Part shown: one piece after another, positions 49,259 through 61,695 of the stretch
How positions within the stretch are numbered: position 1 is the first letter of the stretch
Layout: each line of letters starts with the position of its first letter
Assembly: GCA_039621445.1 (NCBI GenBank)
Contig: CP154954.1
Span: 3,415,715-3,479,714, forward strand
Source: Euglena gracilis
Taxonomy: Eukaryota
Length of the DNA: 64,000 nucleotides
Reading direction: 5' to 3'
Made by a program: the position numbers and the translations under genes
Notes under the pieces: model-generated
What the model saw: the letters and a program-made list of their open reading frames with translations, nothing else
The model's database searches: none
Told to the model about the DNA's origin: nothing

Positions 49259-49350
49259 CGCGCGTGCGTGTGTGTGTGTGTGCGCGCGCGTGCGCGCGTG
49301 CGTGCGTGTGTGTGTGTGTGTGTGCGCGCGCGCGCGCGTGTGTGTGTGTG
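49228..49350. repeat. (TG)n/(CG)n alternating purine-pyrimidine tract
   Basis: Direct reading. Confidence 0.95.
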
Positions 49351-50693
49351 GGTGGGTGTGGGTGTGTGTGGTTGTGCGCGTGGTTGAGTGTGTTTTGCTG
49401 CGTTGGGTTTCTGCCCATTGCCTTCCACGGCATGGTCAACTTTTGGACTTGAACTGTAGACAGCACGCCTTCCTTTCGAGTTCTGTGACGTTGTCTAAGG
49501 GCTTTTACACTCGCTCTTTTCCATTACGTTGTCCGTTTGAACGTTTGGAGGGGCTCTGATGGCATGGCATTGGTGTGACGACAATGGCAGCAGAGGTGTC
49601 TGTGGGGTGGGCAGGGTAGGGCAGAGGGAAATGGGCCAGGGAACAGCAGCGATGTGTGCATCTCGAATGGGGGGGGAGGATTGTCGAGATTTGCGGCTGG
49701 AGGTGCTTGCCCTCCACCACAGGAGAATGGATGCACTGGAGAAAGGGAATACCACGTACCTCCCCCTTGTTTAAGAACTGGAAAAGATGGGAAAGAACCG
49801 GGGGGTGTCGCTTGCGCCAAAATACGGGCCAAGAACCAGAGGTAATATATAAACAAAGGCCCCGTCCAAGTGCCTGGTGCTGGTGCTTGGACAGGGCTTG
49901 CTTCGACACAACACCAACGCAAAGCGGTGTTGCGAAGCCAACCGCTGTGTCAGGCAACGTTCGTCTCGGGCGGGGCTGGGCGATCCGGACCCCCCCCGCG
50001 CAATCGGCCCCCCCAACCGGGTGGCAGCCCAGCCAACGGGGTTTGCGGCGAGGGGGAGGGCTGGGCCTCCTGAGGTCCCCAACGGAGAGAGGGCGGCGCA
50101 GGGGGCCCACGCCAGACAGTGTGGCAGCTGAGAGCCAGGCCTCTGGTTTCGAAACGAGGGGGAGGGCCGGCCACACATTCGCGTGCGGCGGGGGGGGGTC
50201 TGGAAGAGACCGTGTGCGTTGCAGGTAGCCCCTTGGGGGGGGTGGAGGAAGGGCGCTGTTCCAAAGGACGCGCCATAGATTCATAAACCACCCAAGCGAC
50301 CAGGAAGACCCTGGATGCACTGCCACCCCAGGAGAGCCGAAGCGAGGTCATAAAGGGGTTAACTAATTCCGGAGACCACGATGGGGGGCATGAACAACAA
50401 ATCCCTTCTCCATTTGCTTGCCCTTTGGCAGGTCTCCACAGGCAAGTCACAGACACTGCCCATATGAATTAGACGTGCGTGTGCTGCGTATGTGTGTGTT
50501 GTGTGTGCTATGTGTTGTGTGTGTTGTGAGTGCTGTGTGTGTTGTGTGCGTGCGCGCGTGTCTGTCTGTATGTGTGTGTGTGTGTGCGTGTGTGTGCGTG
50601 TGTGTCTTGCTTTGTGCGCGAGCGGTCCCGGCCTGCAGAAGCCTGATAGAGGGGAGTCTCTGTGGTGGGGGCGGGCTGAGGGGCAGACCCTCC

Positions 50694-50807
50694 TCAGCCG
50701 GCGCGCAGGGCGGGCAGCTCCGGGACCGCCCGGAAGGCGGGGGACACTGCCTTCGCAGGGGGCGGCACCACCAGCCGCGGGGACGTCTTCGGGGTGGGGG
50801 CACGGCG
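50694..50807 (-). CDS. Putative terminal exon of an unknown host gene
   Basis: Acceptor CCCTCTGCCGCAG, then 38 GC3-rich codons RRAPTPKTSPRLVVPPPAKAVSPAFRAVPELPALRAG* ending in TGA. Confidence 0.5.
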   Translation of the reverse strand, partial: RRAPTPKTSPRLVVPPPAKAVSPAFRAVPELPALRAG

Positions 50808-52114
50808 CTGCGGCAGAGGGCAACGGGGTGGGATGAATATAACAAAACAATATAAGCAGAATATGAGAATATAAGAACAATATAAGCTAGTGCATATGCG
50901 TGTTTATATTATATAATTAGACACCTTACATAATATACATGATACACATCATATATAACATACATAACATGCAAAATGCACATAATATACATAACATCCA
51001 TAATTTGCATAATATAGATTAAAAAATATATATATAAGTATATTTATAAAATATATATACTTATATATAAATATATATTAAATATATATTATATATAAGT
51101 TAAGATATATGATTAGGGCAGGTGGGAGGTGGGGTGTCACCCTCCAAAATATCGAACCCTGGGGTGGGGTGCTTTCCGGGTCTCCCCGAGTCTTCTTTTA
51201 CACACCCCAGAGGGGGGCAGGGGCCTGTGCTGACCAAGCCGATTTTGCCCTGAAACAGCATTTTCGGCCCCCAGAGCCGAAAATGGGTGGGTGGGTGCGT
51301 GTGCTATACCACCACCCACCCCAAACCCAACCCCCCTCCGGGAGTCGAAAATGCCCCACTCCCTGTATGTGGGGGGGGAAGAACTTCATTATAACAAAGC
51401 CTGGTCGCCGCCTCGCCCAATGTGTCGCCGGTTTGGGGAGGGGAACAAAGCACACAAATGCCGCCCCCACACCAGACAGATTGGGGGACGTCAGGGCAAT
51501 CCTTGGCTTTTGCCACCGTTCTTCGTTCCTGTTGATTCCGTGGAGTCAGCCCTATCTACAACCCCATGCACCCGTGGTGTCGAGGGACCAACCCCTGCCA
51601 ATTCGGGTCACAGTGCGGGGTCGGCAGGTCCGTAGCGGAGAGCCCAGAGGGGTTGGGTAGGTCCTCCGGCCGGCGGGGAAAAGAAGCTGGGTGAACACAA
51701 AAAGTGCCGGTTGGCTTCCTCGGGGGGGGGGGGGATCCAGCCTGACCGGGTTGACCTGCATGATGCTTAAAACCTTTAACTTTGCGAAGAAAGCAAATGC
51801 AGCTGCAGTGGAACTAGTGAAGCAAAGTATTGGAGTGAAAAGAAAACCGAAAAAAACCCTCATTTCGGTCCCAACCCCCCCACAGAGGCCGCAGCTGTAT
51901 TCAAGCAGACCCTCCCGGGGGGACCGGCCACCCAGCTGGCAAACAGGTGCTGGCCAGCCCGCCGTGAGGTCCCTGTGGCGGGCACACTCATAAAGCACCC
52001 CACACCCCAGAGGGTTCTGATGCCCACACCATCCTCGGCAGACAGCCCGAAAAGGGGCATGTGTGGGGGGGGGTGGAGTGGAGTCGCAGGCCCGGTGGCC
52101 CGCGCCGGGTCCAC

Positions 52115-52231
52115 TGCGCAGCGCCGAGGGCGGGGCCCGGGCTGGGGACGCTGGCCAGCACGGCGCGCACCGCGAGGTAGCTGCGGAACGTGTGGAAGAG
52201 GCGGTCGTCGGCGGTGGATGGCCGAATGGTC
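52115..52231 (-). CDS. Putative internal exon of the unknown host gene
   Basis: TIRPSTADDRLFHTFRSYLAVRAVLASVPSPGPALGAA with strong GC3 bias; both boundaries uncertain. Confidence 0.6.
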
Positions 52232-52404
52232 CCCGGCACGCCCCGGACGGACCCGCGCGGCGCGGGCAAGGAGGGTGGGCATCCCTTTACCCACCCACCT
52301 AAACCTCCCCAATAGAAGCGCGGGAGGGTCCAAATGAAAGCGCAGCCCTCGGTGCCGGAGGCTGACCACCTACCTACCTTACCCGCCCGGGAAACTGTTC
52401 CACG

Positions 52405-52908
52405 CAGGGTTTTCTAAAGCCGGAAGGGACGCTACCCCTGGGGGGTGGGGGGGGACCAGCCGGCCATCACCTTTTTTTTCAGCCAGCACCTCCCAGCCGG
52501 GATGCAGAGCTCCCTGGGGGGGGGGAGGTCCGCTGAAATAAAGTTCGGGCCAGCCCGGCAAAGCCGGGTTGGACCAAAAAAAAAAGAGCTTAGCGCCAAA
52601 ATTTTTTGAAAAAGGGGTCAATTTTTTTTTAAAAAAATGGCCCAAATGGGCATTTTGGGGTGGTTTTTGGGTCTTCACCTCCAAATTTCCAAAAAAAAGC
52701 CAACCCAGCTGGATTTGGGCATTTTGGCCATGTTTGGGGGGGTACCCACCAGGTCCAGCTCCCAGCCAGCTGGACCCTACCCCCCACCTGGACCCCACCC
52801 CCTAGGGGGGGGGGTCCAGCCAGCAACTCTTTTCCAGGCACCCCTTTACCAGATGGCCCGCTGGCCCCCCCCTCTCCCTCTCTCTCTTGGTTATCAAGAA
52901 AACCCCAG
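52405..52908. mobile_element. Older CAGGG-terminated MITE (intronic)
   Basis: Imperfect TIR CAGGGTTTTCT/AGAAAACCCCAG; TSD GTTCCACG/GTTCCGTG (6 of 8). Confidence 0.45.
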
Positions 52909-53788
52909 GTTCCGTGGCCGCTCGGCCGGGACCTCTGGCACCCGACAACTGTCAACCGAACCAGGAGGGAAAGTTCCTGTCCCTGTTCACAGTGAACAAA
53001 TCCCGGAGAGGGGGGACTGCCGGCCACACGAGGGCTCGCACCCCGGAGGGGGGGGTCAGAGGCGGGAAAACTAAACGTGGCTGGGAAAAAGGCTGCTGGC
53101 TGACCTCCCCCCAAGGGTGTCCCCTGGTTTGCACTGGGCCCGACCCGGGGCCAAACAGGGAACCAATTTTCGACCCCGAAAACATGACCAAAAAAAGCTG
53201 CCATGCAAAACAATCGATTTTGATCAAATTTTTGAGTGTGGTGGCTCATTTTTGGCACAGTTTGGACAAATTTTGCACCTCCGAAGATAAAACCATCTGG
53301 GGGGAGGGGAGTCTGAGACTGGAAGAAGGCTGCTTGCAGGCTGTCCCCCCCACCTGAGGGTGGGGTCCCACCTGGGGAGTGGGCATAAGCACCGCAATTG
53401 CCCCCTCAAAAGGGCCTTGGGCAGACAGGGTACACAGGAAAAGGGTTTTTGTGGCAGAACAAGGAGGGGGGGATCAGGAAAGCGTAAAATACCCCAAAGG
53501 GAGAGAGGGTGGTGGCATGAAGGTGGTGTGAAGCCAACGAGGGAGGGAAACCCCACATTCCGCACATGCCACCAAATCAGTGGGCAGGGGGGGTGCAGGG
53601 GAAAAGGTGGAGTAGGGGGGTGACGTGTCTGTGCACACACACACACACATACACACACAACACACACACACACACACACACGACACACACACACAACAAC
53701 ACATCACACACAACATGCGCAACAACACTCTCACACAACACACACACGCCACAGCACAGGACAGCGAGGCCACAGCCCGGGCGTGGGC

Positions 53789-53938
53789 GTCAAGCACTGC
53801 CGCTTCACGTCCAGCAGCAGCGCCTGGAACGCCTCCCCCTCGGGCCCCTTGGGGGGCAGCAGCTGCTCCGCCGCCAGCACTGCCAGTGCCACGTTGGGGC
53901 AACGCAGCCCGCCCTGCAGGTGCTGCAGGCCGGCGTCC
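53789..53938 (-). CDS. Internal exon of the unknown host gene
   Basis: Acceptor CCCTGCCAG, phase 2; DAGLQHLQGGLRCPNVALAVLAAEQLLPPKGPEGEAFQALLLDVKRQCL; 3' boundary uncertain. Confidence 0.75.
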
Positions 53939-54468
53939 CTGGCAGGGCCCCGGGGGGTGGTGGGGGTGGGCTGGGGGTGGGGGAGCATGTGGTCCTCCAG
54001 AACGGCACCCCAAAAAAAATCAGACTTCAATTTTTTGTCTCCATGATCTGAACTTTTGATGGTCCTGAGCTTTTCAGACACAAATCCATGTCAGGATTTG
54101 AACTTGGATTTGGGGGGAACGCTCCCACAGCCGCCTAAAATATGGATTGGTCCAAGGTTGAAGGGGGCGATTGGAGGGAGGAAACTTCGAGCTGACTTGA
54201 TCCCAAAAGCGAGAATGCAAAGTTATACAATTTTGTTTCAATCCAGACCCTGAGCATTGGCCTGAAACATATGTGTCCTGGTGTGCAGGGGTTTTGAGTG
54301 GAATGAAGCCGGAAGGGCATGGTTTGTGTGATGTACCGAAACGTCCACCAATTCCAACAGCACCCAAACCATTTGGAAGGGAACGAGGAGATGAGGCCAT
54401 CGGCCACCCTCGGCCGCCCTGGCCGGACGGGTTCAGCAGCGCCACGGGGGCCTTGTCCGCCCATGCAC

Positions 54469-54564
54469 CAGCACGGCGGCGCACCGAACCGCACCGCGCC
54501 CCTCCTCCACCACGACAGAGCAACCGCCCCCCAGGTGGCCACGCAGTGCATGCCAGCCACGTAC
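54469..54564 (-). CDS. Internal exon of the unknown host gene
   Basis: Acceptor CATTGCAG, donor GTGCAT; phases 2/2 fit both neighbours; YVAGMHCVATWGAVALSWWRRGAVRFGAPPC. Confidence 0.65.
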
Positions 54565-54586
54565 CTGCAATGCACAGCGACAGATG

Positions 54587-54642
<56 letters not shown>

Positions 54643-54909
54643 CAAACACACACGTGTTTGTGTGTGTGTGTGTGTGTGTGTGCGTGTTTGTGTGTGTGTG
54701 TGTGCACATATGTGCGCGCAAACCACCCACCACACCCTTCCTCTCCTAATGACCGCAACGCAGCCAGGGGAGGGGCAACTCTGGCTGGAGAGTCTGGAGG
54801 GGGGTTGGTTCCAACCCGCCCCTCCAGGTGTGAGCGGAGGAAGAGGTAGTGGAATGTGGGGGGGGGGGGCGTGGCACTGGCACGCTTGGAGCCACCATGG
54901 GCAGAACAC

Positions 54910-54973
54910 CGCTCAGCGAGGCCCGCCAGCTCCTGGATGTGGCCGAACAGCTCCGCGCCAGGCGCCAACCCAG
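54910..54973 (-). CDS. Internal exon of the unknown host gene
   Basis: Acceptor CCCTCTAG, donor GTGTTC; phases 1/2; GLAPGAELFGHIQELAGLAE. Confidence 0.72.
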
Positions 54974-55625
54974 CTAGAGGGTCGAGAGTCGATGCCCGAT
55001 GCCCCCCCAGGAAACTGTCTCCAGACGAGCCCGTGAGTATGGGGAAGGAGACAAGTCAGCGGGTACAGAAGGGAAGCCGTATTCCAGGGAGAACAGTATC
55101 CCAGGGGGCGTGCAGAGCAGATTCCTAACATGGCAAGATAGAAAGGCATTCACTCCAGATCTACCCCCCCCCAAAATAGGACCTCATCCCAAAAATACTC
55201 CTCCAAAATTTTTTTAATAAAAAGTCCAAAAAAATAGACCCCCTAAAATTTTGAAAATGCCCCCCAATGGGTGATTCTTTTACATTTTCGATTTTCGCTC
55301 ATTTTGCAGGTGCTAAAATTGACACTTTTTCAGACACATTTCGCTCATTGCCAGAAACTGCCCTTTTTTGGACCTATCTCTGGACCCTTCCGCGGGAAAG
55401 GTCGGTCAAAATTGTCAGCAATAATCCAAAAAGGAGCCCCCCCAAAATAAGACCTCCCTTGGGTTTTTCAGCAACAGACCCCAAAAGTGGACCGGCGTCT
55501 TTTTTTGAGAGGGGATAGGTGACAAATTCTCGTTTCCAGGACGGGAAAATGACATGGCGCGGGGGGGGGCAGAAATCATCATTATCATCGCCATAAAAAT
55601 GCTGACCAAAATTGGAAAAGGAATC

Positions 55626-55659
<34 letters not shown>

Positions 55660-55800
55660 AACAACACAACACAACACAACACAACACAACACAACACAAC
55701 ACAACACAACACAACACAACACAACACAACACAACACAACACAACACAACCACAACACAACACAACACAACACAACACAACACAAAACACACACAACACA
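55660..55800. repeat. (CAACA)n microsatellite
   Basis: Direct reading. Confidence 0.97.
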
Positions 55801-55809
55801 CAGCACATA

Positions 55810-56811
55810 CCTCCCCCCTTGTCCAACGACCACTAATGTTTGTCTCCGACCGGGGGGTGACTAAAACAGCCAATCTTCATTTCCAACCAGGGGGGTGGTG
55901 GTTAGGCAAGGGGGGGGGGAAAGTTGGCGAAAAATTGGCCACAGGTGTGGTAGAAGACATTTTTGGGCTGTTTTGACCGTTTTGGGGCATTTTGGGGGGT
56001 TTTTTGCCACTTGTGGACATTATCAGCCATTTCGGGCCACCTTCCGCCATTTTTTTTTGGCCATTTTTGGTCATTTTTAACCATCCTTGGCCATTCTTGG
56101 CCTTTTTGGCCAACTTTCAACAAAATTTTGTTGCTTGTTACAAACGCGTGCACTTAAACCTCCCTCCCACATAATAAACCCCCGAATATTAAACCCCCCA
56201 AATAATAAACCCCCTGAGGACCGACTACGGCTGCCCAATTAATAAACCCCCCTTCTGGCAGCTGTGAAGGCATAGACAAAAAGCAGGAAAAAGTCAGCAG
56301 AAATGTTGCAGCAAATCACAAAAATGGATGAAATTGGTGCATATACCCAAAAAGCACCCATTTTTCAAAAAAAAAAAAAAAGCCCACAAATGCCAAAAAA
56401 AAGTGACCATAGGAGCCCGTGGAGGGGTTTTGGGGTCGATTTTTGACTTCGAAATTTTCGCCCAAATAATAAACCCCCCAAATGATAAAACCCCCCTGAA
56501 CCCCAACTTCGAGTGTCCAAATAATAAACCGGGAGTTTATTATTTTGGGGGGTTTACATCAATTTTTGGTCATTCTGGGCACTTTGGGAACATTTTTGGG
56601 GGTTATTGGCCGTTTTTTCATCATATTTTTTGGGCATTCGCAGCCAAATTTTGGCCATCATCCCAACAAATCACAGAAAAAAACCATGAAACATTCAAAT
56701 GGAAAAAGGTGAAATGAAATCATACAAATTCTTGCCATTATTGAACCAACGTCGCACACAAAAAGATCGCATCTAACCGGAGGGTGGTCGTTGGACAAGC
56801 GGGGCGGGAGG
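55810..56811. mobile_element. TA-flanked TIR element, probably with a nested MITE
   Basis: Ends CCTCCCCCCTTGTCCAACGACCAC / GTGGTCGTTGGACAAGCGGGGCGGGAGG, TA on both sides, within a CA-rich microsatellite. Related TGTCCAACGA motifs occur at 40251-40650. Confidence 0.7.
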
Positions 56812-57589
56812 TAACACACACACAACACACACACACACACAAACACACACAGACACACACAACTCACAAAGCACAAACAGGGCTTTAAAGACTTTCTTTA
56901 AGACAGGGGGGAGGTTCTCCTTCCCCACCCAGGGGGTACCCCCACCCACTCAGGGGGGGGGCAGGGGGGTCCGGAGCACCCACTTTCTGGGTCAATTTTG
57001 GGGTCAAAATTTTTTCGGCACAAATGCCAAAACTGGCCAAAACCTCGCCTCTGACACACTTAGGCAGCCTAACTCGCACTTAGCTTGAAAGTGACTGTAA
57101 ATCTGTGCCAACACAAAATGCCAAAAAAAACTTTTCTGTTTCAAACACCGAGGCCTGGGGCCCAGGACAGTCCGCATTAGTGTCTCCCTGCACTCCCAGG
57201 GCCTGGAGACGAAACCAACGACTTGGAACTCCACGGTCTACGGGAGGGCTTCCGGGGCACCGGGTGATGAAATGAGGGGACTCCACTGCGCAGTTGCGCT
57301 TTGGCGCAACGATTTTTTTTATAACAGAAAAAAAAATGGCACTTTAGCACAAATTTCTTACTATCCTTGCAATTCAACATGTGGGTGGCCATTGCCGTGC
57401 TTGGCAAAGACATAACTTATGTCTCAACATGTGTTTCCATTGCACCAAAGCGCAATGGACAGGTTTATGAAGAATGGAAATTCAAGAATTACATTGTTGC
57501 AAAGCCCACACACTGGCCGTGCAGAGAGGGGCCCTCGACACACCGTAACACATCAGAGGGACCCCATAAGCTCAGGGGCTTCTGTTAAA

Positions 57590-57662
57590 CATTGCGCTTA
57601 AGCGCAACAGTTTTTACATTGCGCTTAAGCGCAAGGCAAAACTGTTGCGCTTGAGCGCAATG
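57590..57662. repeat. Compound palindrome of three TTGCGCTTAAGCGCAA units
   Basis: Each unit is palindromic and the outer ~25 bp of the block are mutually inverted. Confidence 0.9.
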
Positions 57663-58543
57663 CCATTGACTATTTCCTTCTATGCCTGGCAGTGTGGGGC
57701 CTGGAGTTGCTCACCAGACGTTGGGACAAGACCCTGGGCTTGCCCTCAACCCCCCCCCCAACCCCTCCCACCTGGGTGGTTCCTGCTGTGCCGCTCCTCG
57801 CACTTCAAGCACCCAGGGATCACAACTCTATGGCATAACGTTTTTTTCCAACTTTTCACCACGTGTGTGTAGAGTCCACCCTCAGCAGGCAACCCTTCGC
57901 GGATACTTCGCAGAGCCCCCCCAAAAAGCAACAAAAAGGGTCAAATTACACCCAGCCTGTGTAGCACCATCCAGGGAACACAGTCAAGGCGGCTTTGGGG
58001 AAAATTCACGTGTCCCGGAGTTCAAACCCAGGGTTTTGAAGCTTCTTCAAAATGGTGCACAGGCTGAAAATCACCAAAATTGGGCCTGTTCCCTGGGTCC
58101 CAACGTCAGCAAATGATGCATACATCACCGCGGAGGGTCTCCGCGGAACCAGAGGGTTAAAAGGGTGGGTTTCACCGCCGGGTTTCAAAAAATTGGAAAT
58201 TTGCGCTCAAATGCAAACTAAAAATCAAAACCTTAAGTGCGAGTTTGGCCGCCTGAGACCCACAAGGAACCGCAAAGCCCTTGGGGTGCCCTCAGGGGAG
58301 GGGGTCCAGCAGACCTACCCATCCTCCCATCCCTTACCCCCCCCCGAGAGGTCCAAAATTTTTCAGAAAAAACCTTGCACACACAACATACATAATGCAT
58401 ACACACACAACACATACACATACACACCCACAACATACATACCGCATGCAACACACACACAACACACCCATACAAACACACAACACACGCACGAACACAA
58501 CACGCACAACACGCAATCACCAAACTCATCTAAAGTTACGCAC

Positions 58544-58739
58544 CTCCGCCAACCAGGCCCCCCACCCACCCCACCATGGCGGGGGGCGGGGCCTGCGTCT
58601 GGGCCAGCTCCACGGTGGCGGCCAGGCCGTGCCGGGCCTCCTGCGCAGGCCACTGCGCCATGGCGAGGGGCAGGTGCGCCCCGAAGCCCACCACGCCCAC
58701 CACCCGCTGCAGCGCCGCCGCGTACTCCCGCGCCAGCGT
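58544..58739 (-). CDS. Internal exon of the unknown host gene
   Basis: Polypyrimidine tract plus CCGCAG acceptor, donor GTGCGT, phases 0/1; TLAREYAAALQRVVGVVGFGAHLPLAMAQWPAQEARHGLAATVELAQ...GLVGG. Confidence 0.8.
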
Positions 58740-60282
58740 CTGCGGAAAAGGGGAGGGGGAGGGGGGCATGGGCGTTTCTTATGACCAGGGGTTCCCTCCC
58801 ATCTGCCTCCCCCACCGGGCGGTATCCCCCTCCTCCTCCTTACATGCAAACTTGGCCTCCCTAGAGTTGGCTTTCAGCCTTTTGCACCTTTTGCACAGCC
58901 TTTTGCCAAAATTCTTAATTTGCAAACTTGGCGCCCATGAGGTTGGCCCCCTGGACTTACCTTCAATCATGACTGGGCCAAGCGCTCAGGGGGGAGGTAC
59001 CCACATGACAGCCCCCATCCCCACCATCCCCCCGCCCCCCGGGGTTCAGGCTTCCCCCGCCAGAAACGTGGGGCCAGTACGAGCGCAGGTCCAAATAGAA
59101 TCACACTCCCACTGCAATGGGCGGCGGTGTGCGATGAACGCACCTTTGCATTATTTGGGGGGGGGGCGATAAACTCTTATAATTCTTGTGGTACAGGCCA
59201 CATCAAGAATGCACCACCGGCAGTGGGGGCAGTTGAGAGGTCCGTCTGATGCGTTTCAAAATCCAGGGTAGAGGTCCCCCACCCACTAAGCCTGGCGTGG
59301 GAGCTGCCCTGAGTTGGTTTCCCGGCCAGGGTAGGCATATTCCTCGGAAGGAGGTGGTTGTCCACCTTTTTTTCAGCAGCCCCCAATACCCACTGCTGGC
59401 CATGTGTTATGGGCACCTACCCACCCCCAAAGGAATTGGGCCTCTGGAAGTCGTCCTGCAGGCCTGTGATCACCAATATTGCCTGATAGGCAGTTGCTCT
59501 CTCCCTCTCTACCCGCCAACTTGCTTGGCCACCTGGAAGCTTTGGCAAAAAGTTGCCCCCAATCGCCAGTGAAGTTCTTTTGTGCCAATTACAAAGATGT
59601 TTGTTGGAAGGTTTGTCCCTTCTGTCCCGCCAGCCTGCGGTTGCCCCCCAGGGATCCTCCCCTGCACCCAATGCCTCGCTCACTTGCTCAGCATCCTCCG
59701 CTCCTTGCCTCACCCTTGGCACGGTTGGATGGGGCATCCCAAGGGCTTCATTAGAGGTCGCCGGACATTTCCTTCGCCTTTGCTTCATTTTCGAGGTAAT
59801 TTGGAAACATCAAATTTCGGCCCAAAAATAGAGCTCAAAAAACACACACCGAAAATGGCCGCAAAAACGAGCCAGAACACAAGCCAGGCATGTCCACGGC
59901 CAAAACGGCGCATGGGGCAATGGAGGATATGGGGCAAATGGAAGGTGTCCAGGGGTGCAGTTGGTCGACAGACTCGTTCAAAAGAAAAACAATATAAGTT
60001 TCCTCGAGATAGTGGCCCTGCAGTCTGGCCGGGATAGGGAGTGGCAAGCGACGCATGGCCTGAAGCTGGACGAAATGGACTGTTGTTCTGTTCCTTCATA
60101 TCCCTTTGGGTGTGGCAGCAAACGGTGCTTTCTGGTACAGAAAATGCATTGTGTGGCATAGATTGCGACCCAATCATAAACAACGAAATCTTCCTATCAT
60201 TGCGTCTCGCACACATCGCACGCAACATTAGACCATCAATAGACCATCACCCCCCGAGGAAGTCGGCTTCGGCCAAATTGGC

Positions 60283-60381
<99 letters not shown>

Positions 60382-60437
60382 ACACACACACACACACAAA
60401 ACACAAACACAACACACACACACACACACTCACACAC

Positions 60438-60570
60438 CAGCAGCCGGTGCAGCTCAGCCTCCAGCGCTTGATCTGAGACACCGATGGACTGCGAGGCGTA
60501 GACCGCCAGCAGGGTCTGTATGATGCGGTGCACCTGCCAGCCGAGGGGGCCGAGCTCCATCGGGGCGACA
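60438..60570 (-). CDS. Exon of the unknown host gene (5' boundary uncertain)
   Basis: MELGPLGWQVHRIIQTLLAVYASQSIGVSDQALEAELHRLL; the phase-0 GTGTGT donor matches the next exon. Confidence 0.72.
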
Positions 60571-60591
60571 GACCCCAGGACACCCACGGGA

Positions 60592-60961
60592 CAGGGGGGG
60601 GGGGGAATGCAACTGGGCCCTTCAAATTATGCAAGTCAAAAAAATGCAAAAAAATGCAAAAAAATGCAAAAAAATGCAAAAAATGCAACTTGCATGAAAA
60701 ACCTGAGAAAAAGCTGGAATATAACAGAGCTTTGCTGCCTAAGATCAAAAAAAATTTACAGGGCAAAATATTTTATGCAAAAAAATGCAAAAAAAATGCA
60801 AAAAAAATCCATACATATGGCAACCAACAACAAAATTTTTTTCCAGGACAAAATATTTTATGCAAAAAAATGCAAAAAAATGCAAAAAAATGCAAAATTT
60901 CGGGAAAAGCCGATTATGCAAAAAAATGCAAATTATGCAAGTTGCATTTCCCCCCCCCCTG
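60592..60961. mobile_element. MITE with internal (AAAAAATGC)n repeats
   Basis: TIR CAG(G)nAATGCAACT / AGTTGCATTT(C)nTG; 7-bp duplication CACGGGA (60585-60591, 60962-60968). Confidence 0.88.
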
Positions 60962-61620
60962 CACGGGATCAGGGACTTGCCTGGAAACCAAAATTATTCT
61001 GCACTGGCGCTTTGGTACTGACTTTTGCGCCAAAAAGGTTTTTGTTTTTTCATATGTTTTAATTTTATTATATATAAATGACTTTAATTTTATATATACA
61101 CATATACATAATATAATATATAATAAATATATGTACATATGAAAATATATAATAATATATGCATATATAAATAAACGCATATATTTAACTTTTATTATAT
61201 ATACAAATATACGCATTATGTACATATGTATATGTATATATGTATTTTACATTTTGTATATATACATATAATATATATGTATGTATGTATGTATGTATGT
61301 GAATATTAATTTTTTTCAAAGAAAAAAACCGGCCCCAAAATGATTTTAGGGGCATGTGAAAGCTCAAAAACTTTTTCAACAATACACTGGGTTTCTCCCA
61401 GAGTCGACCCCCCCCCACGCACAAGCCCAACGAGTCACTGGCACCGATCTAAAACTTTCTTAACCAGAAAGTTGAACTCCGCCTTTGATGAAATGAAATT
61501 GCAAAAAAAAAGCTTTCTCAAGTGGGGGGGCAGGGCTGGGGGATTGCAAAAAAAAAACATTTTGAACCCCCCCCATTTTCATCGTTTTTGACTTTTCTTG
61601 AAGATAGCGGACTTTGGGGC

Positions 61621-61695
61621 CTTTAAAGCTCAGGTTGGCCTGAGCTTTAAAAGGCTCAGGCCAACCTGAGCCCTTTAAAGCTCAGGTTAAAGGCC
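61621..61695. repeat. Compound palindrome built from TTTAAAGCTCAGG/CCTGAGCTTTAAA units
   Basis: Direct reading. Confidence 0.85.

Noticed and set aside
59180-59640. Possible tyrosine recombinase remnant on minus
   Set aside because: Only a vague SFR motif; the catalytic residues could not be aligned.
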